Shown here piece by piece: positions 9,645-18,449 of a stretch of 64,000 bases of DNA. The position numbers were made by a program, and so were the translations under genes. Location: assembly GCA_017629245.1 (NCBI GenBank), contig JAGBXO010000009.1, forward strand, positions 38,256 through 102,255. The letters are read 5' to 3'. Numbering within the stretch: position 1 is the first letter of the stretch; each line of letters begins with the position of its first letter. The DNA comes from Alphaproteobacteria bacterium. Lineage in GTDB: Bacteria > Pseudomonadota > Alphaproteobacteria > Rs-D84. The notes under the pieces are model-generated. The model had not been told where the DNA came from and did no database searches. It was given only the letters and a program-made list of their open reading frames with translations.

Positions 9645-10973
9645 TTAATCCTTGGATAGTGCCAGTTGTATTAATTGTTTTGATTCAACTAAAAACTCCA
9701 TCGGCAGACGCGATAATACGGGGGTCGCGGCTGCACCGATAATCAGGGCCGTTGCAACATCTGTTTCAATGCCGGCCATGTTCAGATAGTTTAATGAGGT
9801 AGTGTCAATGGTGCCGGTTCGTGCCTCGTGCGATTGATGGTTGTTTTGTCCGTTATGAATTATGCGGGGTAGGGTGTTTGCAGTGGCGTTGTTGCCGATT
9901 AGCCTGCTGTCGCAATTTGAGGCGTTTGTGCAGTTGTTGCCGGTAAATGATACCAGACTGCGAAATGTTTGAACAGAATTATCGGTGGCAACGCCGTATG
10001 ATACAATATTTGATTTTGAATTGTTGCCAATGTGTATCATTTTCGTGCCAGTGTCGGCCATTTGTGCACCGCGTGTTATAGACAGTGAGAAAAAGTCGCT
10101 GTACGCATTGTTTCCGCGTAAAATAGTTGATGGGTATTTCCATGTTAGGGCGCTGCCGATTTCCATTTGGGTCCATAATAGTTTTGCGTTGTTGTGGCAT
10201 ATCCCTCGCTTGGTGACAAAGTTCAAAATGCCACCATTGTTTTTTGTACCATCAAAGTCGCCTGCAAACCAATTTTGTACGGTTGCGTATTTTACGGTTG
10301 CGTTATCGTGTGCGATAATTTCAACAACGCCACTGTGCAATTGGTGGTTGGGACGGCGGGGGGCGCTGCAACCTTCCATATATGTTAATTCGGCGCCAGT
10401 ATCTGCAATAATTAGTGTACGTTCAAATTGTCCAATTTTTGCGGTTTCGATTCTAAAATAGCTGGCTAAATCGATTGGGCATTTTGTGTTTGGTGGAATA
10501 TAAACAAATGTTCCGTCTGAAAATACAGCTGCGTTCAAGGCCGCAAAAAAATTGTCGGTTGCAGGTACTACAGTGCCAAGGTGTTTCTTTATCAAATCTG
10601 GGTGTTGTTTGACAGCGTCTGAAAATGGCAGGAATATTATTCCGTGTTTTTCCAGTTCGGCGGTATAAGAAGTGTGAACGGAACGGCTGTCGATAACAGT
10701 GTCGGTTGCCATGCCCATTAGGGCGCGCTTTTCAGATTCTGGCAGTCCCATTTTGTCATATACGGATTCTAAATCAGAATTGTCAATGGGTGTTGGTTCG
10801 TTGTAATAATTTAGGTTGTCATAGTCAATTGGGGCGTAATCAACATTTGCCCAATGCGGTTCATGCATTTTAAGCCAGGCGTTATATGCGTCTAACCGCC
10901 ATTGCAATAACCATGTGGGTTCGTCGCGTGCAGATGATATTTCGCGAATAAGATTTTCACACAGTTTTGCCAT
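9645..10973 (-). CDS. sufB: Fe-S cluster assembly scaffold SufB
   Basis: YMEGCSAP, QNWF, NFVTKRG, TWKYPSTILRG, ADTGTKMIHIG and C-terminal LPMEFLVE motifs. Confidence 0.85.
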   Translation of the reverse strand: MAKLCENLIREISSARDEPTWLLQWRLDAYNAWLKMHEPHWANVDYAPIDYDNLNYYNEPTPIDNSDLESVYDKMGLPESEKRALMGMATDTVIDSRSVHTSYTAELEKHGIIFLPFSDAVKQHPDLIKKHLGTVVPATDNFFAALNAAVFSDGTFVYIPPNTKCPIDLASYFRIETAKIGQFERTLIIADTGAELTYMEGCSAPRRPNHQLHSGVVEIIAHDNATVKYATVQNWFAGDFDGTKNNGGILNFVTKRGICHNNAKLLWTQMEIGSALTWKYPSTILRGNNAYSDFFSLSITRGAQMADTGTKMIHIGNNSKSNIVSYGVATDNSVQTFRSLVSFTGNNCTNASNCDSRLIGNNATANTLPRIIHNGQNNHQSHEARTGTIDTTSLNYLNMAGIETDVATALIIGAAATPVLSRLPMEFLVESKQLIQLALSKD

Positions 10974-10988
10974 TTATGCCTTTTTTTG

Positions 10989-11531
10989 TTATACGCTTTG
11001 TGTGGCCAGTTGTTTTGCCTGAGCAAAAAATGTCAGGGATTGTCCTAGCAGGCCATCTGTAAATGTGTTAGACAGTAAACCATCTGGTTCGGTCGTTGTC
11101 AAATGGTGCAGAAAAGAATCTGCGCGGCGCATGTAATTATCGATGTTGCGGGCGACTTCGGAATCCAGCTTAATTGCACGACGCAGTTTTTCAAGGGCAA
11201 AAGGGTTTTTTACATATTCGTCCATTATGCCACCTAATGCGCGCCACAATGCGTGTTCGGGTGTGTTGCGGGGCATAATGTCAATAGCGGCCATGATTGG
11301 AATCAAATTTTGTAGCAAATCTTGGTAAATCATTTCTGCGTTTTCGGCGACTGCATTTGTGGCGGACTTGTTTTTTAGTATGGACTGAACTTTGACCATC
11401 AGGTTATATTGGTGTTCCAGGGTTTTGTTTATTATGATTATGCGATTGTTTATGCGGTATATATAAAACCCTAGAATACCGACAGATAATGTAATTATGC
11501 CAAGTATGATGAATGTAATAATGTTTGTCAT
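10989..11531 (-). CDS. Hypothetical protein with an N-terminal membrane anchor
   Basis: One N-terminal TM segment (IITFIILGIITLSVGILGFYIY), followed by a helical soluble part. No recognisable family. Confidence 0.5.
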   Translation of the reverse strand: MTNIITFIILGIITLSVGILGFYIYRINNRIIIINKTLEHQYNLMVKVQSILKNKSATNAVAENAEMIYQDLLQNLIPIMAAIDIMPRNTPEHALWRALGGIMDEYVKNPFALEKLRRAIKLDSEVARNIDNYMRRADSFLHHLTTTEPDGLLSNTFTDGLLGQSLTFFAQAKQLATQSV

Positions 11532-11722
11532 GTGTGTCCCCTGTGTAATCTGAATTCAGGAAGATAGTATAACATCTTTTTGCGATTCGTGCGATTTTAT
11601 CTTTTGTTAATGTTTTTTTTTCTGTATTGATTTGCGCGTGTTTTTCGTCTTGCACAGATTCGGTCAAATTGTTATAATAATTATCATTAAGGTAAGGTTT
11701 TTTTAGGGAAAGGAAGGTTCTT

Positions 11723-12700
11723 ATGTTCCGTAAGATATTGATTTTTGCAATGTTTGCGACTGCTGCAGGTTATTGTTTTGCGTATGATTCAATGCCCCAG
11801 GTTGTCACATCCGAAGTCTTTTATGAACAAGACAGAATTTTGGATGGTGCCGAATATGAGCAGGTTGAAATGACCCAGGTTGATGTTCAAGAAGAATATC
11901 AAATGCCGGTAGAGGTGCCGGCGTGGCCATTGGTGGGGTCTGATGCCGATGTTGAAGTGTCGTGTGAACATGGGGTTTGTAACAAGAAAAAACAGGACGA
12001 TAATATTCGTATCGTGTCCAAGATAGGTGCGGATTTAGTTGTAGAAAATAACTTTAACTTAGGTGGTCGTGGTTCGTTTGGTGGTTGGTCTGGTGGTGCG
12101 AATATGTTGCATGGAAATCAAATTCCGGTCGGTTTTGATGACGAATGTTACAGCAGTTCACAAATGCCATTGTTGCATCGCGAGGTTTTAGAAGATGATG
12201 GTGGGAATGTTTTGGCGATGTCACGCAGTGGACGTAAAAACTGTGGTAAGTATGCAGATAACTATGAAGCTTTTGCGGTGCGTAATGGAATGCGTGTTGA
12301 TGCCAAAACGGCAGATGGGAAAAGAATTCTGACCAAAGAAGATGGTACAACAGTTATAGAAGAAATTTCAGAAACAGTTGAAGAAGAAACAGAAATTATG
12401 GTTGACGCATCCGCAGATGCAGAAGCACCGGCGGTATTGTCTGATCAGGTGCGTTCGTGGGTGGTTGCAAATGGCCAGACACTGCGTGAAGTTTTGCAGT
12501 CGTGGTGTGATAAAGAGGGGTGGGATCTGGTTTGGACAACGCCGCGCGAATATCCGATTGAGGCCAGTGCAGTATTTAAGGGGCGTTTTGTTGATGTGGC
12601 GTCTGCGCTGGTGCGTAATTTTGGTCGTGCGACACCAATCCCATATGCTAAATTCTATAAAGGTAATAGAGTGTTGGTGATTTCTGCATCGCAGGACTAG
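11723..12700 (+). CDS. Secreted protein with a C-terminal TcpQ/PilL-like domain (type IVb pilus / conjugative pilus accessory family)
   Basis: Signal peptide MFRKILIFAMFATAAGYCFA. The C-terminus WVVANGQTLREVLQSWCDKEGWDLVWTTPREYPIEASAVFKGRFVDVASALV matches the TcpQ-domain pattern as I remember it. GGAAAGGAAGG RBS. Confidence 0.55.
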   Translation: MFRKILIFAMFATAAGYCFAYDSMPQVVTSEVFYEQDRILDGAEYEQVEMTQVDVQEEYQMPVEVPAWPLVGSDADVEVSCEHGVCNKKKQDDNIRIVSKIGADLVVENNFNLGGRGSFGGWSGGANMLHGNQIPVGFDDECYSSSQMPLLHREVLEDDGGNVLAMSRSGRKNCGKYADNYEAFAVRNGMRVDAKTADGKRILTKEDGTTVIEEISETVEEETEIMVDASADAEAPAVLSDQVRSWVVANGQTLREVLQSWCDKEGWDLVWTTPREYPIEASAVFKGRFVDVASALVRNFGRATPIPYAKFYKGNRVLVISASQD

Positions 12701-12739
12701 TAAAAATATAATATACGGATGTTGTAGGAGAAGATAAAC

Positions 12740-14368
12740 ATGATAAAGCCAATGAAATTTTTAGTTTTGTCTGCACTGGTGTTGGCGGTTGGGGCAGGTT
12801 GTGCTAAGCGTGAGTCGGCCAAGGTTGCGGCATCTGTAGATCAGGATTTTATAAATGCCTATGATGCTTTTGAAATGGCGAAAAATCCACGCGCCAAGGT
12901 TGCCAGTGGTGACACAGTTTCTATGTCTGAAGGTGTTTGGTTGGGGAATAAATCTGTGGCATTGGAACACAGAAATAAGTTGCCATCGAAATTTGAAACA
13001 GATATGGGTGTGACCATATTATTAGACGAGCCTGTGGCATTGCAGGTGTTGGCAAATGATATTTATTCTGTGACGGGGATTCCTGTAAAAATTGATGGAC
13101 AAGTATCGTCAGATAAGTTGAAAAAGCAGGTCAATATTGCATATACGGGTCGTTTGTCCGGACTGTTGAATCAAGTGGCGACGGATTTGGATTTGTTGTG
13201 GTACTATGATAAGAATTCTATTGTTTTTTATGAGACAGAAACCAAGACTTTTTCATTGTATGCCCTGGGGACTGAGGTTGCATATCAAACAGCCGTTTCA
13301 ACCGATGATTCGAATGAAGTGTCTTTGGAATCAACCCTGAAAGAATGGGACGAAGTTGAAAAGGCAATATCTTCTATTATTGGTAAGGCGGAAAATGCAG
13401 ACTTTACGGTGTCGCGCAGTTTAGGAACCATTACGGTAACGGCATCGCCATCTGTTTTGGCGCGTGTTAGTGAATATATTGAACGCCAGAATAAACGCTT
13501 AAGTCAGTTGGTGACAATTGATGTCAAGGTTTTGCAGGTGACAATTTCAAATGATTCTGCGTTTGGTTTGAATTTGGCGGCGGCTATTAATTCTACATCA
13601 GGATTAAATATTGTTGCCAATCCAAAGAATAATTTGGCATCAACTGAGGCCAGTTCAATGAATATCGCAGTGTTGTCAAATACTGTGTCGGCATTGACTG
13701 GGGCAACACATTTGGAAAATGGTTCATTGGTTGAAGGTGCCTATACAAATGATCAGATTATGAATGGTTCTTTGTCGGGGGCTGCGGGCAGTAATGCACT
13801 GATAGAAGCCTTGGCCAAGCAGGGCAAGGTGTCATTGGTGACGAATGTTGGTGTGACAACCCGTTCAAATCGTGTTGCGCCGGTCAGCAATACCCGCACA
13901 ACAGGTTATATCAAACGTTTTGAATCGCGAAACTTTACAACCGTGGAATCCAGTACTGTTGACCAGGACGATTTGGAGACAGGGTTCACCATGCAGTTGT
14001 TGCCGAATGTGTTGGAAAACGGCAGAATATTATTATTGTTCCGTATGTCTGTGCGTGAATTGTTGCGTATGTCAACCCAGACAATTGGTGAAGTGACATT
14101 GCAATTGCCAGAAGTTGAAGAACGCAGTTTTATGCAAGAAGTTATTATGGAATCGGGTCAGATGTTGGTTGTGTCTGGCTTTGAAAAACAAAAGGGTTCA
14201 GATACTCGTTATGGCCTTGGCGATCCTGACTTTATGGCATTGTCTGGTTCGCGTGAGACATCGGCCAGTCGTGAGGTTTTGGTGGTAATCTTGACGCCGC
14301 AGGTTCTGATTAGCCCAATGGATATGGAACGTAGTATTCAGCAGCATTGGGGTGCCCCGCTGAACTAA
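12740..14368 (+). CDS. Secretin-family outer-membrane lipoprotein, PilN-like (type IVb)
   Basis: Lipobox LAVGAGC. C-terminal secretin-like block (GVTTRSNRVAPVSN..., GFTMQLLPNVLENGRILLLFRMSV, SGQMLVVSGFEKQK, REVLVVILTPQVL). The 542-aa length is typical of PilN-type secretins. Confidence 0.6.
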   Translation: MIKPMKFLVLSALVLAVGAGCAKRESAKVAASVDQDFINAYDAFEMAKNPRAKVASGDTVSMSEGVWLGNKSVALEHRNKLPSKFETDMGVTILLDEPVALQVLANDIYSVTGIPVKIDGQVSSDKLKKQVNIAYTGRLSGLLNQVATDLDLLWYYDKNSIVFYETETKTFSLYALGTEVAYQTAVSTDDSNEVSLESTLKEWDEVEKAISSIIGKAENADFTVSRSLGTITVTASPSVLARVSEYIERQNKRLSQLVTIDVKVLQVTISNDSAFGLNLAAAINSTSGLNIVANPKNNLASTEASSMNIAVLSNTVSALTGATHLENGSLVEGAYTNDQIMNGSLSGAAGSNALIEALAKQGKVSLVTNVGVTTRSNRVAPVSNTRTTGYIKRFESRNFTTVESSTVDQDDLETGFTMQLLPNVLENGRILLLFRMSVRELLRMSTQTIGEVTLQLPEVEERSFMQEVIMESGQMLVVSGFEKQKGSDTRYGLGDPDFMALSGSRETSASREVLVVILTPQVLISPMDMERSIQQHWGAPLN

Positions 14369-14473
14369 AATTAAATCTAATGGCATATCTAAAGCGGGTT
14401 GGTAATGGCTCATGTAACTTCTGTACACTACGCCATTTCCAACCCGTTTATCTATACCATTATCTTTATTTTT
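14367..14473. repeat. Composite palindromic intergenic element, copy A
   Basis: Outer arms AAAATTAAATCTAATGG / CCATTATCTTTATTTTT are 14/17 complementary. Inner stem CGGGTTGGTAATGG / CCATTTCCAACCCG. Conserved loop CTCATGTAACTTCTGTACACTACG. Homologous to the elements at 28041-28237. Confidence 0.65.
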
Positions 14474-14823
14474 ACTCCCGTTACAAGGGGGATTAGCCTT
14501 ATAGGGCTGGCCTCCTTCATGTCAGCGCTATCATCTTTTTTTTATTGCTATGAGGCGGGGAAGTCTTGTGTAGTTTTTTGTAGATGTCTGGGGGCTTTTT
14601 ATCTGAATTATTCTAAATCATTTTTCAATAAAATCTAATGTTTTATCTGTGAAAGGTGTGTGTTTATATGTGTTGTCTGGTTGTATGGAAAGTTATAAGT
14701 GGTCATTTTCGTTAGTGCAATACAATGAACAGAAGTGTTATGGCAGGTTAGAGTTGGGAAATGCTAGTGGAGTATTAAACTTTAAATTCAATGATACGGT
14801 ATGGTATTTGGTTGAATGATATT

Positions 14824-14852
14824 AAAAATCCCCCAGGTGGGGGATTTGTTTT
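14824..14852. terminator. Bidirectional Rho-independent terminator
   Basis: AAATCCCCC-AGGT-GGGGGATTT hairpin flanked by an A-run and a T-run. Lies 12 nt beyond the pgsA stop. Confidence 0.7.
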
Positions 14853-14863
14853 ATATGTGGTTT

Positions 14864-15463
14864 TTATTTAATCTTTTTCATGTGTCCCAGGAATGTTTTT
14901 GTGTACTGGGTTGCAGACCATACGGATGCTATCAGTGATAGCCACAGACCGTAAATTCCGATTTGTGGTAATATATAAATCATGTACATTAATGTGCGGC
15001 TGTCGGTGTTTGGTTTGATTAATGTACCGATGGCAAAGATTAATAAAAATGCTGCGATTGAAATCATTTGTAATGTTGTTTTGATTTTGCCCATGGAAAA
15101 GCGTGCCTTGGGTACAGGCATTTCAATCTTTTGTGTGCCCAAAAATTCACGCAGGCCAGATATATACAATTCGCGTGCAATCATTATGATAACAGGAACA
15201 ACAACAAACCATACAGGCATCATAACAGTTAACATGATTAATGTGTTAACAACCAGCAACTTGTCGCCAATGTGATCCATTACTCCGCCGATTTTTGTGC
15301 AAACATTGTATTTGCGTGCCAGGTATCCGTCAAACCAGTCTGACATTGCTGCCAATGTGTACAGGATAAAAGTTGTCCAATACATTTGGAACATTAATGT
15401 CGGAATTATTGCAAAAGATGCAGCAATCCGAAATGCTGACAAAAAATTTACAAAGAACTTCAT
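14864..15463 (-). CDS. pgsA: CDP-diacylglycerol--glycerol-3-phosphate 3-phosphatidyltransferase
   Basis: CDP-alcohol phosphatidyltransferase motif DWFDGYLARKYNVCTKIGGVMDHIGDKLLV in a 199-aa polytopic protein. Confidence 0.8.
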   Translation of the reverse strand: MKFFVNFLSAFRIAASFAIIPTLMFQMYWTTFILYTLAAMSDWFDGYLARKYNVCTKIGGVMDHIGDKLLVVNTLIMLTVMMPVWFVVVPVIIMIARELYISGLREFLGTQKIEMPVPKARFSMGKIKTTLQMISIAAFLLIFAIGTLIKPNTDSRTLMYMIYILPQIGIYGLWLSLIASVWSATQYTKTFLGHMKKIK

Positions 15464-15506
15464 ATGCTTTCTCCTTAGGTTATATATTGTATATGAATTG
15501 TTTGTA

Positions 15507-16934
15507 TTATATCACTTCTGAATGGAAATGGGCATATATTTTTTCTGCGATATTATCCCCAAGACCGGGAACGTGCTTTAATGCGTTCAGGTCGGCATCA
15601 ATTATTGCACGTGGTGTGCCAAAATGTTGCAACAAGGCGCGTTTTCGTGCGGGGCCAATGCCGTCTATTTCGTCCAGGACAGATGCGGTCATTTGTTTTG
15701 CGCGCAGTGTGCGGTGATATGTGATCACAAAGCGGTGCGCTTCATCACGGACGGTGCGCAGCATTAAAAATAATGGCGAATCCTTGGGCAGGTCACGATA
15801 AATTATGCCGTTTGGCAGAATAAAGTGTTCGTCGCCGTCGCGGACTGCCCCCTTGGTGACGCCAAAGACAGGTGTGTTGCCGGCGGCGCGTTTGGCAATA
15901 TTCCATTGTGCCATGCCGCCATCAACAATTATCAAATCCAGTTTTGGGCCGCGTTCAGTTGCACGTTTTACAAATTCTGACATCATTGCGATATCGTTGC
16001 CGGCGCGTGATTTGTCTTGTAATTTAAAATGTCTGTATCCAGATTTTTCAAAACCATTATGTCCAAATGTTATCATTGCGCCAACAGGTTGTTTGCCAAA
16101 CAGGTGCGAATTATCAAATACGCCGGCAATATTTATTTTTATTTCCAACCATTTTTCCAGTTCGGACACATTTTTGTCCCAGTTTAAATTTGGTGTATAC
16201 GCATGCTTTTGGGCGTTTCCGCGATTTGATGTGTGTGTGATTGCAGAAATTTTATCACGAATTATTGCGGCGGATTCATAATCCATGTTTTGTGCAAATG
16301 TTTTCATTTGCTGGGTCAGGTCTGATATTACGGGTGCACTGTCGCCTGTTAAGATTTTGCGCGCTATACGCACGGAATCTGCGTATTTTTGTTTGTCTGG
16401 GTTGCAGCATGGCGCGCTGCATCGGCCGATTTGGTGCAACAGGCATGGGCGTGTTCTGTTATGCATTTGTGTGTCTGTACAGGTTCGAATCTGGCAGACC
16501 TTTTGTATGGTTTTGATCGTTTCGTTCAGACTGGAAACAGATGGATATGGACCGTATACATCGCGACGCTGGTTAATGCGACCGCGAAATTTTAACAGAC
16601 GGGGAAATGGCCCAGATGTCAGAGCCAACATTGGATACATTTTGCCGTCGGTCAGCATTATGTTGTATTTTGGACGTTGTGTTTTTATTAATTCTTGTTC
16701 ACGGATAAGTGCGTCTGATTCGGTCGGAACGATTTCCCATTCAACACGTGTGACCAATGTGCGCATAACCTGTTTGTGCAGTTCCAGTTTGGTAATGTCC
16801 AGGTATTGTTTCAGACGGTTGGACAGATTTTTTGCCTTGCCCACATATAACAGGTTGTTTTCACTGTCGTACATGCAATACACGCCAGGGGCGTGGGGTG
16901 CGTTTTCTATTAAATCAGAAAATTGAATATTCAT
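15507..16934 (-). CDS. uvrC: Excinuclease ABC subunit C, unusually short form (475 aa)
   Basis: GIY-YIG N-terminus (GVYCMYDSENNLLYVGKAKNLSNRLKQY). Cys cluster CQIRTC...CLLHQIGRCSAPC. UVR-like MDYESAAIIRDKI. RNase H-like block with DGG. C-terminal (HhH)2 LDEIDGIGPARKRALLQHFG...VPGLG. Confidence 0.8.
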   Translation of the reverse strand: MNIQFSDLIENAPHAPGVYCMYDSENNLLYVGKAKNLSNRLKQYLDITKLELHKQVMRTLVTRVEWEIVPTESDALIREQELIKTQRPKYNIMLTDGKMYPMLALTSGPFPRLLKFRGRINQRRDVYGPYPSVSSLNETIKTIQKVCQIRTCTDTQMHNRTRPCLLHQIGRCSAPCCNPDKQKYADSVRIARKILTGDSAPVISDLTQQMKTFAQNMDYESAAIIRDKISAITHTSNRGNAQKHAYTPNLNWDKNVSELEKWLEIKINIAGVFDNSHLFGKQPVGAMITFGHNGFEKSGYRHFKLQDKSRAGNDIAMMSEFVKRATERGPKLDLIIVDGGMAQWNIAKRAAGNTPVFGVTKGAVRDGDEHFILPNGIIYRDLPKDSPLFLMLRTVRDEAHRFVITYHRTLRAKQMTASVLDEIDGIGPARKRALLQHFGTPRAIIDADLNALKHVPGLGDNIAEKIYAHFHSEVI

Positions 16935-16985
16935 AATCTTTATGATAGAATATTAATTAGTAAATAGCAAATAAGAGGTTTTTCA

Positions 16986-17450
16986 ATGAATCAAGAATCA
17001 GGTCGTTCAATGATTGAAATGCTGGGGGTGTTGGCAATTATGGGGGTTATTACCGTTGGAGCAATCGGTATGATTGCAACAGCTATGCGTACTCAAAAGT
17101 TGACGAGCGTAAATGATCAGGTTGTGCAAATGGTGACTATGGTGCGCAATATTCATGGCGAATACGATGATTTTTCAAATATGAATGGGACGACGATTTT
17201 TGGTGCAATTGGTATGAGTAATCAGAACCCATATGGGGGTAAGTATGAATTGGCGGTTGATCCTTCTAATCCTCGTCAATTTGTTGTGACGATAAATGGT
17301 CTGGGGCAATCTGAATGCGAAACGCTGGTGGCCAAGGCATGGTCTGATTCTGTTGGGTATCAATTGTCAAATGGCAAGCAGGGTGGTGCAACAGGTGATT
17401 GTAAAGGGGCAAACGGAACTAACAGTGTTCAAATCGTTTTTGGTGAATAA
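16986..17450 (+). CDS. Type IV pilin / pseudopilin-like protein
   Basis: Class III signal MNQESG|RSMIEMLGVLAIMGVITVG with Glu at +5. Cys pair in the C-terminal half. 154 aa. Confidence 0.7.
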   Translation: MNQESGRSMIEMLGVLAIMGVITVGAIGMIATAMRTQKLTSVNDQVVQMVTMVRNIHGEYDDFSNMNGTTIFGAIGMSNQNPYGGKYELAVDPSNPRQFVVTINGLGQSECETLVAKAWSDSVGYQLSNGKQGGATGDCKGANGTNSVQIVFGE

Positions 17451-17477
17451 TTTTGTTCTGTGCCAAGTGGGGTAGGT

Positions 17478-18449
17478 ATGGCAGATTTTATTGAGGTTTC
17501 CAAGGTAGAAGACGGAACGCGATTGTTGCGTTGGTTCTTGCGGCATTTCCCATCAATGCCACAGCGTGAATTTTACAAACTGTGTCGTGGTGGTCAGATA
17601 CGTGTAAATTCAAAACGGGTTCGGGGTCAGGAAATACTGCGTACAGGTGATGCGGTGCGTGTGCCGCCAACCATATCAGGATATGCCCAGGCGCGCCCAA
17701 AGAAAACGGAAAGTGGTGAACACTTCTCGTTGGAAGATTTAGAAGGCTTGCGTAAATGTATTGTGCACAATGATCCGGATGTTGTTGTGTTTAACAAGCC
17801 GGCCGGTTTGGCGGTCCAAGGTGGAACGGGGATTCGTAAATCTGTGGATAAAATGGCGGCGGCTTTGTTCCCATATGACAAGATTGCGTTGGTTCATCGC
17901 CTGGATAGAGAGACCAGCGGTTTATTAGTTGTTGCAAAAACGCAACGCGCCGCGCAAAGTTTGGCCACACAATTTCAAACAAAAAATGCACACAAGGAAT
18001 ATTTGGCGTTGCTGTGCGGTGATGTTAATCCAAAGCATGGTGTGATTGATAACTTTATGTTAAAAGGTCAGGTCTTTGATAGCCCGGTGCGTTTAAATAA
18101 TGGTACAGGACCGCGGCCGCAGCGTGCGGTAACAGAATATTCTGTGTTGGGTGGGGCTGCAGGCTGTGTGTCATGGGTGCGATTTTCGCCAAAGACAGGG
18201 CGTACGCATCAGTTGCGATTGCACAGTGCGTTGTCGCTGAACGCACCAATTGTTGGTGATGCATTGTATGGTGGACGACAAGATGTGGACGGTGCGTTGG
18301 GAGCAATGTTGAAAACAAATAACTTGTTTTTGTTTGCGTATAAGTTAACATTTCAGCACCCAACAACAGGGCGAATGATTAGTCTGCGTGCAACAGTGCC
18401 GGACTTTATGTTGTCGGTAATGAAATTTTTAGAACTTAAATTGCCATAA
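17478..18449 (+). CDS. rluC: RluA-family 23S rRNA pseudouridine synthase (RluC/RluD-like) with an S4 domain
   Basis: HRLDRETSGLLVVAKT catalytic motif, N-terminal S4-like segment, and GRTHQLRLH motif. ATG at 17478 chosen over the upstream GTG. Confidence 0.8.
   Translation: MADFIEVSKVEDGTRLLRWFLRHFPSMPQREFYKLCRGGQIRVNSKRVRGQEILRTGDAVRVPPTISGYAQARPKKTESGEHFSLEDLEGLRKCIVHNDPDVVVFNKPAGLAVQGGTGIRKSVDKMAAALFPYDKIALVHRLDRETSGLLVVAKTQRAAQSLATQFQTKNAHKEYLALLCGDVNPKHGVIDNFMLKGQVFDSPVRLNNGTGPRPQRAVTEYSVLGGAAGCVSWVRFSPKTGRTHQLRLHSALSLNAPIVGDALYGGRQDVDGALGAMLKTNNLFLFAYKLTFQHPTTGRMISLRATVPDFMLSVMKFLELKLP

Noticed and set aside
14399-14638. 79-aa ORF downstream of the secretin gene.
   Set aside because: It runs through the palindromic repeat element. 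Its translation is low-complexity and hydrophobic, and it has no RBS.
16470-16500. GGTTCGAATC sequence reminiscent of a tRNA T-arm.
   Set aside because: It lies inside the uvrC coding region. The flanking bases cannot form a T stem or an acceptor stem.
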